NCBI RefSeq assembly: GCF_006345805.1
Contig: NW_021833254.1
Span: 1-64,000, forward strand
Reading direction: 5' to 3'
From: Octopus sinensis
Taxonomy: Eukaryota
DNA: 64,000 bases
Positions 1 to 14,210 of this stretch are shown piece after piece. Under the pieces are notes generated by a model. It saw nothing but the letters and a program-made list of their open reading frames with translations, was not told where the DNA came from and searched no databases. The translations under genes were made by a program, and so were the position numbers. Numbering within the stretch: position 1 is the stretch's first letter; each line of letters starts with the position of its first letter.

Positions 1-239
1 GACAACAGACAGAGTAAATAAAAAGGTTTAGTGGCTAGCGATCAATCATAACGAATGCCGGACAGAGGTTGTTAGACAGGAGAGCTAGGAAGAAGAGAAG
101 ATAAAAAAGTAGTGATGATCCCAAAACGAATGCGTTTCTCACCAACCACCGCTCAACATTCGATGACGATGTATTTACGACCCGTAATTTTGCGGTTCAT
201 CAAAAGCAACCGATATAATACGTAACAGGCTTCACAATT

Positions 240-306
240 AAGCACTGGGGTCGACTTGACTAAACTTCGAAGCAGTGCTCCAGTATGGTCACATTCTAAT
301 GATTGA
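240..306 (+). mobile_element. SINE 3' tail fragment
   Basis: cactggggtcgacttgact...cagtgctccagtatggtcacattctaatgattgaaa resembles the SINE tails at 23790-23830 and 30630-30730. Confidence 0.4.
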
Positions 307-444
307 AAAAAAAAAACAAACGATACATTCGTTATAATATCATTTTCTTTATAGCTTCTTTTGTCCATCTCTTCTAGCCAGTTTCGCAATATTAAGCAAG
401 ACCAACGAATATACATATATAAGCAGTTGGTACTATATATTTGT

Positions 445-461
445 ATGAATGTATGTATGTA

Positions 462-492
<31 letters not shown>

Positions 493-523
493 ATGTATGT
501 ATGTATGTATGTATGTATGTATG

Positions 524-557
<34 letters not shown>

Positions 558-600
558 TGTATTATCTATTTATCGATCTATCTTTATATATATATATGCG
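445..600. repeat. (TATG)n/(TG)n/(TA)n compound microsatellite
   Basis: direct inspection. Confidence 0.95.
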
Positions 601-830
601 AAGGAATTAAATAAAATTCCTTTGCAGAGGGGTAAAAACAAGGAAAAAAATGTGACAAAAACAGGACGTAAAAACAATACAATTAAAAACAAATACAAAA
701 TAAAAATACAATTACAAAAAATACAGTACAGGAAGGAATAGAAACAGGACAGGAAAACAAATAAAGAGGGCCTATAAGCCTAGACGAGCAAAAAAAATTT
801 TTTCACGAGCGCAGGAAGAAACATGTTTAC

Positions 831-870
831 TTGAATAAGGCCGTCAGCGAAAGAAAGTTCGTAGACCCGG
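831..870 (-). CDS. candidate 40-nt internal exon, RVYELSFADGLIQ, host gene unknown
   Basis: minus strand: pyrimidine tract + CAG acceptor (871-873), one open frame, CAA|GTAAAC donor; the pyrimidine tract is partly (TC)n microsatellite. Confidence 0.25.
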
Positions 871-888
871 CTGTGAGAGAGATGAGGA

Positions 889-936
<48 letters not shown>

Positions 937-1256
937 TGGAAGGAAGCAAAAGAGGTGAAAGAAAGAGAGAAGAATGAGTTATAGAGTTTCGCGTCATAAT
1001 TATATATAAAAACCAGCTTAGAGAAGAAGAAACGAAACGAAACCAAACGAATAGAATCGAATCGACGCGAAGGCGCTCAGTCATACAATAGTGTAATAAA
1101 TAAAATATATGCATACATACAAACATATATGTACGTACCTACCTCTACATATATATATATACATGCATATGTAAATATATATACGTGTGTACAGGACACC
1201 ACAAATAGACGTAGAACTCAACGAGAAACGAACACGTAAAAACAGCATGGAACGGA

Positions 1257-1306
<50 letters not shown>

Positions 1307-1628
1307 ATATAATATATATTGACTCAATGAGGTGTAGGTAAGAGAAGCAATTCTGAACGAACTTAACAAAGTCGTAGCTTTATATATAATTCAGTCAACA
1401 CGTTGAGTTGCGTTCGTAGATCGCCCAGGAACTTTAGTGTATTTACCTTTTAGCAGTTGAAATATATTACAAACATATTTCAACTAGCCTAAATTCTGAT
1501 CATACCTAAACACTGCATTGCGCTAATGCTTTGTTGTTTATATATACATACATATATATATACACACGCACACACACATACACGCACACACACATATATA
1601 TATCTAGTTGATAACATATTTGTATGTA

Positions 1629-1668
<40 letters not shown>

Positions 1669-1814
1669 GCATACACACACACTCGCACACACGCACGCAT
1701 GCACACACTCACATATATCAGACTATAGGATGTTGTTATACACCGGTGGTCGAATGGTTATGGCGAACAGGGCAGCCTTCTCTTTCATCGGGATTCTTCG
1801 CTGCAGTGTTACTA

Positions 1815-1943
1815 ATTTAGAGCTGATCGAGTGTACTGGATCAACGTGAAATGAAGAATTTTGCTGAAGAACACCGGTGTGGGAATCAAAGCCACGATCG
1901 TGTGATCGGTAGTGCAACACGCCTAACGACCAGGCCACGCGCC
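1815..1943 (-). mobile_element. tRNA-derived SINE, 5' part (family 1)
   Basis: minus strand starts ggcgcgtggcctggtcgttaggcgtgttg with degraded box A/B; homologous to 26673-26999. Confidence 0.7.
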
Positions 1944-1989
<46 letters not shown>

Positions 1990-2214
1990 GACATACACAG
2001 ACCATAAGCACACGCACACTTCTAAAACGCACTCGATGCTGCATTTGGTGAGTGGTAAAATAGTGAATGAAGTAAACAATACGAATGCTACAGTTTTTCG
2101 AAGCTTTTGAAGTTTTTGTGTTATTGGAGAACGTTACTGGATAACCATGCCACTACTGAAAATATATAGACAAATGCAGGGTTTGTGAGATAATAAAATG
2201 GAATATAATGGAAG

Positions 2215-2295
<81 letters not shown>

Positions 2296-2410
2296 ATATG
2301 ATTGATTGATTCTAGTTTCAGCTTATGAGCTGTGGCCATGCTGGGGCACCGCCATATATATATATATAGATAAGAAAGTTGGTTTGTGAAAGCACGTGGT
2401 TGAATATATG

Positions 2411-2545
2411 GAAAATAGTAAAAAGTGAAAAAACTATGTCATTGTAAGAAAAAAATTTATAATATTCTTCAGACATATTGACTTAAATATATATTCTTTA
2501 ACCTTTTAAAAGAAGCCTTCTGTAGTTCTTTCACTTTTTACTATT

Positions 2546-2548
<3 letters not shown>
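2411..2548. mobile_element. MITE-like 138-bp element
   Basis: perfect 20-bp terminal inverted repeat gaaaatagtaaaaagtgaaa (2411-2430) / tttcactttttactattttc (2529-2548), TA-rich flanks, no ORF. Confidence 0.4.
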
Positions 2549-2592
<44 letters not shown>

Positions 2593-3508
2593 TTGGGAAT
2601 GTTTTAACTTGGATTTTTTTTTTGTTAATGAAATGTTGTTTTCAAAACCAATCACGTTCTTTCACAGTGCTTGTATTTCAATAGAGCATGGTATCTTTAT
2701 AGGCCCTTTCAATCTGAAAGAAAATATTCGGCGTTTCGCTAAGGATATCCGTGGGAGAAGAATATTTAAAGACAGATGTTGCAGAATATAGTGAAAGGGA
2801 GATCTTAAAATGCATACAGCAGCTCACGTCTGTCTTTAAAATGTTTCGAATAATTATTTTGTTTTTAGAAATTTTGAAACAACTTCTTAAAGGTTCTTGT
2901 TCAGATTCTTAAGAAGACGGAAAAGAGAGGAAATGTAAGAAGATTTATCTGCGAACGGATGGATATCCTAATTGTTACTACGTGCAGCAACGTGAGATTT
3001 TGTTTTCTTTTTGATGAAATTTTTATCAAATTCCAGAATTTACGACTCTAATTAATCAGTTACCAAGGGCGAAACCTTTCAAATAATTATTTCAAGCATA
3101 AAGCAATCAAAATGTGTGTGTGTGTGTGTGTTTTCAAAGCTGATTTCACTATGGTTACATTGCCATTTTATGTCAAATGTAACATAAACAGGTTTCAAGG
3201 AATGGAATATGTTCCGGGGTCATTCTTAATTCTTTATTGCCCACAGGGGACCAAACATAGAGGGGACGATACAAGGGTTTGGGGTCAGGATGAAAAACAT
3301 AAATATCAAAAATCGATTAGAAATTTATAATAAAATCGAGTGATTGAGACGAGTAATTATACAAACAATGAAGTGGTGGGACGGGTCCTACTTTGGCCCC
3401 GCCAACCCCGATCCTCCACTGCTACCTTTGAAAAAACTTTATGAACATTCTTAAGCAGAAACATTGACGCTCACCATTCTCGCAACTTCCTTCCATCTTT
3501 TCTTATAG

Positions 3509-3565
3509 ACGTCCGGTGACAGGCACTCCTTCTCCACCCCTATTTTCCTTTTCAGGTCTGGAGAT
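3509..3565 (+). CDS. candidate 57-nt exon TSGDRHSFSTPIFLFRSGD (or 10-nt microexon 3556-3565)
   Basis: two pyrimidine-tract AG acceptors (3507-3508, 3554-3555) upstream of a consensus GAT|GTAAGT donor. Confidence 0.2.
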
Positions 3566-3917
3566 GTAAGTGTCTGTCCCGATTCCTTTCATAGGGGTCT
3601 TCCACACTACTTCTTTCGTAATAGCTACAACAGTGAATCCGGAGTCATTCAGATTAATCAAAGTAGTTGGAAGTGAAACAATAAATGCACACAAGAACGC
3701 ATGCGCACAAACGCACACGCACATGTATGTATGTCATTGTTCAGTTTTTTTTCAAGATTTCTTGCCAATAGAGAAAGAATCGGTTTCTAACCTAGATCCA
3801 AGGCTCCTTCATTGGAATTTCAACATCAACAAGATATTTTTGTATGTTTGTATATATATGTATGTATATGTGTAGTTCTGTGTTTTGCTTTACGTATGTA
3901 TTACTATGCATATAGTT

Positions 3918-4142
3918 GTATGTATGTATGTATGTATGTATGTATGTATGTATGTATGTATGTATGAATGTATGTATGTATGTATGTATGTATGTATGTA
4001 TGTATGCATGTATGTATGTATGCATGCATGCATACATGCATGTATGTGTGTATGTATGCATGCGTGAATGCATGCATGTATGTATGTATATATGCATGTA
4101 TATATAAGTGTGCTGTGTGTGTGTGTGTGTGTGTGTGTTGTG
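3918..4142. repeat. (TATG)n/(TGCA)n/(TG)n compound microsatellite
   Basis: direct inspection. Confidence 0.95.
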
Positions 4143-5428
4143 TGTAAGAGTGCTTTCTTATGTTTGTAAGTGTCCGAGTCCAAAGCTTCACAATCAGTGT
4201 TAGTTCGTTTACGTCCCCCATCAACTAGCGTTTCTCAAATCCGATAGGATAAGAACCAGGCCTTGAAACAAACTAAATTTTGGGGCTAAACCGTTCAAGC
4301 ATGGCTACAGGCTACATATTTAAACAAGTAGAAGATTTTCATATAATTTCATACAATTTCTCCGATGCATTACTAGACACCGTTTCCAAATCGTGGCGCG
4401 CCGTATAACTGAACTCGAAATCTTACGAATAAGAAATCAACTTTCTAACCACATCATCGCGCACGCCGTTCATAAATGATTATTTTTTTTAAAAATCATT
4501 TTGCTTTTGCTTACATGTATGACGATGTCGCTGCATAATTACATGGAAATATGTCACATTGAAAGAAACAGTCTCTTGAGTTACTTATTTGGAATGCTGT
4601 AACCATTTTGCCAGTGGCTTTTAATTTACATTTTTGCAGATGATTTCAAATATATCAAGTGGAATTAAATGTTCAGAAAAGATCCTCAAAGCCATTGGCA
4701 AAAATGGATACTTTTCAAGATATAATGCTTAATCTAGCGGCAATTCAGACACTGATTAACAAGAGTTATATGGAATTTTGAAAAGTTTGATATCTCCGAT
4801 GTGTTTTGGATTAGAAAAATTTAATGGTTCTTTTATAGTTTTCGCATGATTTAAATTTTCAAGGTAAAATAATTATTAAATATAGATTGCCAGTATTTTA
4901 ATTAATAAGAAACGAAAACAATTTACAAACAGCAAAATGATTATACATAATTTTGTACATTGAATTATACTGAATCATACAACCAGATGCATTACTAAAT
5001 TGTTTTAAATTTAAAAAAATAAGCAGATACTATTGTATGTTAGATAAGCAAATTAGGGAAAAACGGGGGCGTCCCACGTAGTTAGTCGATGGCCTGCTTT
5101 TTGTCTGGTAGAAACGTTTATTACCAAGGTTACTAAAAAAAAACCCGTGTGATGTTAGCCAGCAGCTCATCTTCTTAATAATAATAATTATTTGTGAAGC
5201 AAAATAGAAAATCTTAGAAGTATACATCGACGCCGTCATCACTCATTACCAAAATGGTAGATATTTTAAATGAGTGAAGAACGAGAAAATAATCGAGGAG
5301 TGAATCAGGGTGGGCTAATAACACGAGGTACTTTCTTACAAGGAAAAAAGCCTAGGTCATTGCACTCGGGCACCTGCTTAGAAGTAAATCAGGATATATC
5401 CATTTGTTACTAATAATAAGCGCTTCTG

Positions 5429-5465
<37 letters not shown>

Positions 5466-5688
5466 GTTCTTTTGTCATGTTTTGTGCTTGTTCTCATCAA
5501 AATTCTCTAATGAGGTGGAACATTTACCATCGTATTTTTAATTATATATTTTTTATTTTGTTTTCTATTTCGCTACATTTCAGAAGGACAAAAGTTCAAA
5601 TATGAAAAGAAAAATAATAAATAAATAAACTACAATAAAATAGCTAAATTAATCATGGAAACTCAATAAAAAATAAAACACTATATAA

Positions 5689-5771
<83 letters not shown>

Positions 5772-5794
5772 CATGCATTTATATATATATATAT

Positions 5795-5954
5795 ATATGA
5801 ATATAAATTTATACATTAATGTATATATTATATATGTGAACTATCTGAATTACTATACACACACACACACATATATATGTATATGAATATAGATTTATAC
5901 ATTAATGTATATATTATATATGTGAACTATCGGAATTACTATACACACACACAT
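5795..5954. repeat. 86-bp tandem duplication (about 1.9 copies) beside a (TA)n tract
   Basis: atatgaatata(a/g)atttatacattaatgtatatattatatatgtgaactatc(t/g)gaattactatacacac starts at 5795 and again at 5881. Confidence 0.9.
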
Positions 5955-6430
5955 AAATATATAATATGGAATATTGGAGTTGTCCTCAGTAAATCGCTTT
6001 GTGAATCACTGAGTCAGTTTCAGAATTCAAAAAGAAGTTATTCCAAAGATATTGACAATTTCTATAATAGAATCCAGGAGATTCTTGTAATTTTTCGATA
6101 ATATTTAAATAATGTTAAACAAACGACAAAGAAAAAAATCCAGTGTTCCAAGACTTAAAATTTCTTGTAATATATCGATTTTCATTCTTTTTTATCTCAA
6201 TAGTGTGTGAGTAGTGTGTTGAGTGACTATAGCAAGGAGTTCTCACATGAGAGTGTAGGTTTAATGGAATGTATGTATGTCTGTATGTATGATTGTATGT
6301 ACGCATGATATATGCATCTACGTGCGTACATCTAGGTGTATATGCCTGTGTTTGTGTATGCGCGTGTGTATCCATACATGTAACTGCGACTTTGTAATTT
6401 GCAACTTTAGTCATTAAGTTTCTAGGAGAA

Positions 6431-6527
<97 letters not shown>

Positions 6528-6698
6528 ATGCACGTATGTATACATATACCTGTGTGTGTATCCATGTGTAATTATGTAAAACTTTTTCGGTAACTTCACT
6601 CCATATTACGAATCAAATTCAAAGGCTGGAAAGACGCATGCAAGCACACACAAACACACACAGGCGCACACACACACGCGCTCGCGCACACACACACA

Positions 6699-6755
<57 letters not shown>

Positions 6756-7356
6756 TCTCAAACGCACCAGCATGGACGCACAACGAAAAATCAACCAAAC
6801 AAACAATACCTGTTCTGAGATGTTGGGATTCCATATTGCACTGCAATACCACGATCAATGTAAAACCTAAAAAGCGGCGCCATTTTGTCGTTATAGGCTT
6901 CCATATTGCAAACGCTTGCTGTGTCAAAACAGTTGCAAAAGCGCAAACACAAACACACACATACACACACAAAACTCATGCTCACACATTGATGCATTCA
7001 CACATATACATACACACTGTCAGACACAAATACGCATACACACACAAACACAGAGGGAAATTGTACATTCGCAAAACCTCAGCGCCACACCTCTCCCAGC
7101 AACTTTTGTATGTGTGCATATATATATATAAATGTATATATATTTATATTTATATGTATGTATGCGTCTTTTAACGCGCGTAGCTCGACAAACTTGACAA
7201 AGTATCTACAGGCATGTAGCAAAAATGTAGCAATATTATTTGCCTATTATATTTTCAAAACTGTTATTCTAGTATTTTGTTTTTGTATTTTTGCTAGTGT
7301 TCTATTAATGTTTTGTTCTGTGAATTATTGTTTCTTATCTTCCACTGAGTATAGAT

Positions 7357-7394
<38 letters not shown>

Positions 7395-7829
7395 TATACG
7401 TATAATTTTGCATCTTTTGTCGATATATGCGTGGGTGTTTATAAATGTATGTCATTGTGTGTATATCATCGTATTTTAGATTGGAAATGTGCCTCTATAC
7501 TTCAGTCTAAATCTATGTGCGTGTATTCATACATTGATGCGCATATCCATTCCCATATCATATACATTCCTGTACGCACATACATAAGGTCAACCCCCAA
7601 CCCTTACACACATACACACACATTCAGTCTCATATTTATCCCTCAATTTTGATAGAATTCGTCATTATATTGGGTGACACATCTAAAACAATTTCTCTGC
7701 TTTAGAATATTTTTTATCAATAAAAAAAATTTCATGCTCTCTGATATATATTTTGCCATTTATTTTTTAATGTTATTCAATATTAATAATAATATTTTAT
7801 TATTATTATTATTATTATTACTTTTTTTT

Positions 7830-9110
7830 TTCTTCTTTCAAATTTTCTTCCATTTCTTGCCGAGTGTCTTCCCGACTCCTAGGGCAAAGAAACTCATAGT
7901 GTATATTGGTAGGCCATTAAACCAAACTCAGTAGTTCGTTCATTAAAAAATTTTTTTTTTTTAAAGTTAAATTAAAATACATGCGCAGCAACAGTTCTCA
8001 CATCGACAATGCTCTTCTCAATACGTGTGATGTACCAGTTAAGACAATCTTTTGCACTTCTTGCAGGGATGGTAAGCCAGGAATCATTCTCATATAATTT
8101 TCGGTTCCCTTCTTGATCATTCCTAGTGCTCCTACGATCACTGGTATTGTAACCGCCTGAGGATGCCATATTTTCTCAATTTCAATGAGTAGGTCTTTAT
8201 ATTTTCTGAGCTTGTCAAACTCTTTGCGCTGAGATATTATGATCACAGGGGATGCTCATGTCGATCAATAAGCAAACTTATATTTTTGGTCTTTCACAAC
8301 AATATCTGGTTTATTGGCCTTGATGGTTCGGTCTGTATGTACTGGAAAGTCCCACAGAATGGTTGCATTTTCTCCTTCAGTTACAGCCTCAGGTGGTGAT
8401 TATACCACTTGTCGGCAGTTTTGATATTGTAATGCCGACTTATTAGCCAGTGGAGATATTGGCCAACTCTGTCATGTCTTAATTTATACTCCACTGGTGC
8501 TAAGACTTTACATCCAGAGATTAGGTGGGTCTGTTTCAATCATGTCGTTGCAGAATCGGCATTTTGGGTCTGCTCCATTTTTCATCACATTGGCCTGGTA
8601 GTTCCGGGTTAATAGGCTTTGGTCTTGAGCAGCCAGGATGAAACCTTCGCTCTCTGTTGCTTTAGCCCTGAGCTCCGCAGCCACTGATGGGTTTGCTTCT
8701 GGTCAACATCAGCTTGTTTGCTGCGGGTCACATATTTGCCGTGCGAGGGTTTCTCCTCCCACCTATCAGCCAATTGCTCGTGCGCTTTTTTCATTGCCAT
8801 CATTTTCACCTTCTTTGCAACAATAGTTGCCGTACTTCCCTCGGTTGTTCAGTTTGGGTATCCTGCACGAGATCAATAGCAAATTTTTTTGCTTTCCTTG
8901 ATGATAGAATGAAGCTTCTTTCGTCTCTCGTGATTTTCCACGAGCTTTAGCATCCAGTCATTCGATTATCGAGATATTTGGCCAGTCCAATTGTGGTTGT
9001 TTTGTAAGCTAGTTCAAATTGGATCAGCCTCGACCTCCTTGGGCTCTGGGAAGGTAAAGGCGATCTACGTCTGCCTTTGGGTGGTGCATCCTATTACAAC
9101 TCAGCAGTGC
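7830..9110 (-). mobile_element. R4/Dong-clade non-LTR retrotransposon, 5'-truncated (linker, CCHC finger, RLE endonuclease, 3' UTR)
   Basis: HGKY...QWLRSSGLK, RHD, KPDIVV/IDMSIP and KLRKYKDL..IEKIW..VTIPVIVGALG..KIVLTGTSHVLRRAL motifs; (ATT)n at the 3' flank (7795-7820). Confidence 0.9.
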
Positions 9111-9224
9111 GTATTTTTCTATCTATATTCTTTACTTCACTCATATCCAGTCACACACTTGTAGCTATAAGTAACAACTGGAACTGCTAAGGAATTATAG
9201 CTAACACCTTGTTACGTGCATTTA

Positions 9225-9265
9225 GTTCAGATTTCAGGACTGCACGTTCAGATTTCAGGACTGCA

Positions 9266-9266
<1 letters not shown>
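9225..9266. repeat. 21-bp perfect tandem duplication followed by (ATT)n
   Basis: gttcagatttcaggactgcac x2. Confidence 0.9.
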
Positions 9267-9333
<67 letters not shown>

Positions 9334-10204
9334 TATTATTATTATTATTATTATATTTATTATTATTATTATATGTATATGAACATATATATATATATAC
9401 ATGTATATATATAATATCAAAAATACCGTACTAAATTCTGGTGCTTTAAATTAAGCGCCATATATTTTTACGATACATTTCTAGAATTTATGACCTTATA
9501 CCTGACGTTCTTTATATATTTATATCTTTATATTCTTATATTTTTTATCTGTTATTATATTTTATTATCTTTTATAATTATATTTATACTTATAAACCTA
9601 TTTTTGTGATCCCAACATCATTAACGTTTCCTTCCCTTCCCTTCTATTCTTCATTTTCCTTTCCTTTCTCTTTTTTCTCAACATCCAATCGCCCTTATTT
9701 CCTTCTCTTACAGGAGGAATGAACCCAATCGGAATCTACCCGGTATTCTCTCTATATTGAGTAAGAAAACGGTATGGACGGATTTTTGGAGTCCAATAAT
9801 ACCCTGTACACCTATTTGATTATGAAGATTTACAAACATACTTTCTCAGTGATACTCAATTTACCTACCATTTTAAATGATACCAAATGTTCTTTCTCAG
9901 ACCTTTCATAATGTGATACAAGTCTTTGATGTAGCAATTGCACGCGGCTGAAGAGGGCTTTAAACTATCTGTTATGTCGATTTTACATTGATGTAAGAAT
10001 AAGTAGTTCTATAAAGCTCGAAGTATGTGTACCGCGACATCCTTTGTGTTCTGTTTTTTATTTCATTTGATACATATATCCCCTCACCTCTGCTACCACC
10101 TGGCATATACAGGTGCTTACACTTATCAAGTATTCACCCTGAATTTATTTATATATACATGTATGTATGCATATATATGTCAGGTCACATTCGAGTGCTA
10201 CTGG

Positions 10205-11785
10205 TAACATGCAACCCAGGGTGGTCACTCTCGCCCGGCAATGGGCCGAGAGGAAACTGTCCCTAAAAGGTCAGGCGGAGGTGGCGAACACGTACATCGC
10301 ATCCGTCATCTACTACCGCCTGACCGTCGTACCTTGTCCAGACCCTACCATCACCAAACTACAACGCATTCTCTTTCACTTCTTGTGGAAAGGATGCGTC
10401 CCGATTGTCAGGCGATCCATTTGCTGTCAACACCCGTTAAAAGGAGGGCTGGGCATGCCGTGGTTGATGATGCGCAGACACGCGCTGAGACTGAGACATC
10501 TCTGGCTCTATGTAGACAACGGTGAACAGGTGTGGTCGCCGTTTGTGAGGCACGCATTCCCGCAGCTCGCTCCATGACCGAACTGCAGTCGTGGATCAAA
10601 AAGAGGTCGAGGAAGGGCGAATGGCACGCGAGTGTTCGCGTTGCTCTCAAGCAACTCTGCCGTCCGGGTCGACCTTGAGTGACTTCAACACAACCAAAGC
10701 ATTCTATAGGGGATTAGTGGAGGGGAGGTACGACGACGAGCTCGGGGCGAACCTGGACGTCGACGAGGAGTACCTAACACGCCTGTTCAGGACGACTTTC
10801 GGGCCAGGGCCCATGGACAACTTCCAGAGATCCCTGGCCTGGCAGTGCTACCGAGAAGCGCTACCCGTTCGGGATAAGCTCTACAGACACGGCTCGAGAA
10901 ACACGGGGCCGACCTGCCCGAGATGCGGTCAGAGCGACGAAACCGTTCTGCACGCACTCGTGCAGTGTCCAACAATTTCCGACCTGTGGGCTTGTGTCGA
11001 ACAACTGCTGTCACGTGTGGGACGAGTCGGTTTATCAGCTGAGTCTATCGTCAATATTGTCACGCCTCCTTCCTTCAAACGGGAAGGAAGAGCTATTTTC
11101 ATCATCCTAGTGGCTATGGCGAAAGAATGTATCTGTGGACGCGTCTGAAAGGATTGGAGACAAACACTTTCCTCTCTGGTCAATCTCTCATCAACTTTTT
11201 CAAGTACCACTCGAAAAGGAAAGTGAGAGTAGAGAGAGGCAAGTTTTGTCTAGCGAATAATGTTTTAAAAAAAGATGGGTGAATGTAGCAAGGATGGCAC
11301 GTATGAATGACGAAGCCACCTTGAGCATAAGCCTATGAACCCAGAAATTGAAAACAGAGAGTTACCCACTGCAAACAAATGTGGTAACATATAACAATAT
11401 TGACCAAGGTTACCGTGGTCTTTTTCGTAGGCTTTTCTTCCCACGGCTAAACCTTACTTGCTTTCCCCTTTACACCATATATCATAACACTGTGATACAC
11501 GATCCCTATTGATCGTTCCTTTTTTTATTCCTCTTCCCCTTTTTTCCCCCTTTTTCTTCTTTTTTCATTTCTCTTTTATTTTGTTTCTTTCCCTTTCTTT
11601 TTTTTTTATTCTTTTTATTTATTTTTTTTTATTTTATTCATTTATTTTTTTGTTCTTTTCTTCCCTTTTACGATCCCTCTTGATCGAAAACCTACGCCAC
11701 CCCCTTTTTTTTCATCCCCCAAAAGAAAAGCTCTACCTTGTAACTTGTCCCATCTGTGTGCAGCCCTGTGTGGCCAATAAAGAAA
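10205..11785 (+). mobile_element. Tx1/L1-clade LINE, 5'-truncated (ORF2 C-terminus with zf-RVT-type finger, 3' UTR)
   Basis: ORFs 10167-10577 (HPLKGGLGMP..RRHALRLRHL) and 10591-11148 (SLAWQCYREALPVRDKLYRHG, CPRCGQSDETVLHALVQC); pyrimidine-rich 3' UTR, then (ATCT)n. Confidence 0.85.
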
Positions 11786-11786
11786 C

Positions 11787-11838
<52 letters not shown>

Positions 11839-11885
11839 TTATCTATCTATCTATCTGTCTATCTGTCTATCTATCTATCTGTCTG

Positions 11886-11934
<49 letters not shown>

Positions 11935-11985
11935 TTATCTATTTATCTATCTATTTGTGTGTGCGTGTGTGTGTGTGTGTGTGTG
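11787..11985. repeat. (ATCT)n + (TG)n microsatellite at the 3' end of the Tx1-like element
   Basis: direct inspection. Confidence 0.95.
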
Positions 11986-12347
11986 GTTGTCTACTCCTTA
12001 TGCAGAGTTTGGACCATCTCCTGTGCCTACACCTTAGCACTATCATGGCATCTGATGCAGCTTATTAAACCAGACAATGTTTTGAAAAGACACCCACACA
12101 GATTTTATAGCCGACTCGGACCACCAACAGTTACAGATAAGATCTGATATTTGGTTATCTTAAAATGTGTTTTGAGGCCTTCCTTAGATTTGCAAACCTT
12201 CTGGCATACATTGCGTTGAAAGTTGTGCACAGACATATAGGCAAAATAGTTGGTTGAGGTTCGTTTTCCATTGGCTCGGAACTGAGATTTGAGCCCAGCA
12301 ATGAATACGTAGACTCATACAGAGGCATGCACACACACACACATTTA

Positions 12348-12389
<42 letters not shown>

Positions 12390-12413
12390 TACTTACCTAT
12401 CTATATACACAGG

Positions 12414-12452
<39 letters not shown>

Positions 12453-12454
<2 letters not shown>

Positions 12455-12663
12455 TTCTTTACTACCCACAAGGGGCTAAACATAGAGGGAACAAACAAGG
12501 ACAGACAAAGGGATTAAGTCGATTACATAGACCCCAGTGCAAAACTGGTACTTTATCGACTCAGAAAGGATGAAAGGCAATTTGAACTCAGAATGTAACG
12601 GCAGACGAAATACGGCTACGCATTTCGCCCGGCGTGCTAACGCTTCTGCCAACTCGCCGCCTT
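12453..12663 (-). mobile_element. tRNA-derived SINE (family 2), with internal deletion
   Basis: minus strand ggcggcgagttggcagaagcgttagcacgccgggcgaaatgcg...gagttcaaatt...cactggggtctatgtaatcgac...ccccttgtgggtagtaaagaaa. Confidence 0.9.
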
Positions 12664-12692
12664 TATATACACACACGCACACACACACACAC

Positions 12693-12724
<32 letters not shown>

Positions 12725-12739
12725 GGTGTGCATATATAT

Positions 12740-12812
<73 letters not shown>

Positions 12813-12964
12813 TTTTGTCTATTCCCCATCGTAAAACACTGTCTCTGTACTTCAGTCACGTTATAATTTACACCACATCAAAATCCTAGAATATTTTCAT
12901 CTCTTCCGTAGGCATTACTTTAATTTCGCAGACCGTCCCTTAAGACTCAAACCGTCATCAACGA

Positions 12965-12980
12965 TAGCATCACCATTATT

Positions 12981-13041
<61 letters not shown>

Positions 13042-13045
13042 CCAC

Positions 13046-13087
<42 letters not shown>

Positions 13088-13135
13088 AATCATCACCACC
13101 ATCATCGTCGTCATTATTATTATTATAATTGTTGT
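12965..13135. repeat. (ATC)n microsatellite
   Basis: direct inspection. Confidence 0.95.
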
Positions 13136-13654
13136 TATAGATGATGTTCTTTTTTTTGGCATTTACTGTGTGTTTTTTGTGTTATATTTTATATTGTTCT
13201 TTTGTGACTTTACTGCATAAGCGAGTATTGATAATTCTTCGGTATTTATATTCAGCACGTGGTTTTGCATATATTTCATTATTTGAATATTTTATTAGAA
13301 CAAAGAATATGTTTGGTTGTATATAAGGATGATGGAAGAAAAAAAAAGGCACTGTCTTTTCTGGTTTTGTTCTTTGTGTTTTAGGCGTATGGAAGCTTTT
13401 AAGCGAGACAATCGTTGTATTCCAAGGCGGTTTTTGATCCTTAATAGTAAAAAAAAAAAACACACAACAAAAGCAAAGAAATAGAAAAACAATTGACGCA
13501 TCTCGGCGTACGAGTTTGTTTTTATACATACTTTTGCATCAATAAGCGATGAGAAAATGGGGAGGGGGAGGGGACAGGAAATCTTATGAATGTTAAAACA
13601 TGGCTTTCGGCTTGGATAATTGTAAAAAAAAAAAAAGCATATATACTGCTAAAG

Positions 13655-13700
13655 ATATTATCATTATTATTATTTATTATTATTATTATTATCGTTATTA

Positions 13701-13735
<35 letters not shown>

Positions 13736-13784
13736 GATTATTACTATTTTGATTTATATTAGTATTATATTATTATTATTATTA

Positions 13785-13820
<36 letters not shown>

Positions 13821-13857
13821 ATTATCATTATTAATATTATAATCGTTATTATTATTA

Positions 13858-13906
<49 letters not shown>

Positions 13907-13938
13907 CATTATTAATATTATTATCGTTATTATTATTA

Positions 13939-13975
<37 letters not shown>

Positions 13976-14079
13976 CATTATTAATATTATTATCGTTATT
14001 ATTATTATTTTTATTATTATTATTATTATATATTATTATTATTATTATTATTATTATTATCATTATTAATATTATTATC

Positions 14080-14150
<71 letters not shown>

Positions 14151-14169
14151 CATTATTAATATTATTATC

Positions 14170-14210
<41 letters not shown>

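Noticed and set aside
831-870. Selenocysteine reading (PGLRTFFR-UGA-RPYS) of the candidate exon
   Set aside because: Another frame is fully open and no SECIS element is visible.
1453-1488. 13-bp hairpin gcagttgaaatat...atatttcaactagc
   Set aside because: Short and AT-rich, with no second copy or supporting context in the window.
9715-9900. Possible exon or Penelope RT remnant
   Set aside because: Splice-like signals are present, but frames are interrupted and motif similarity is too weak.
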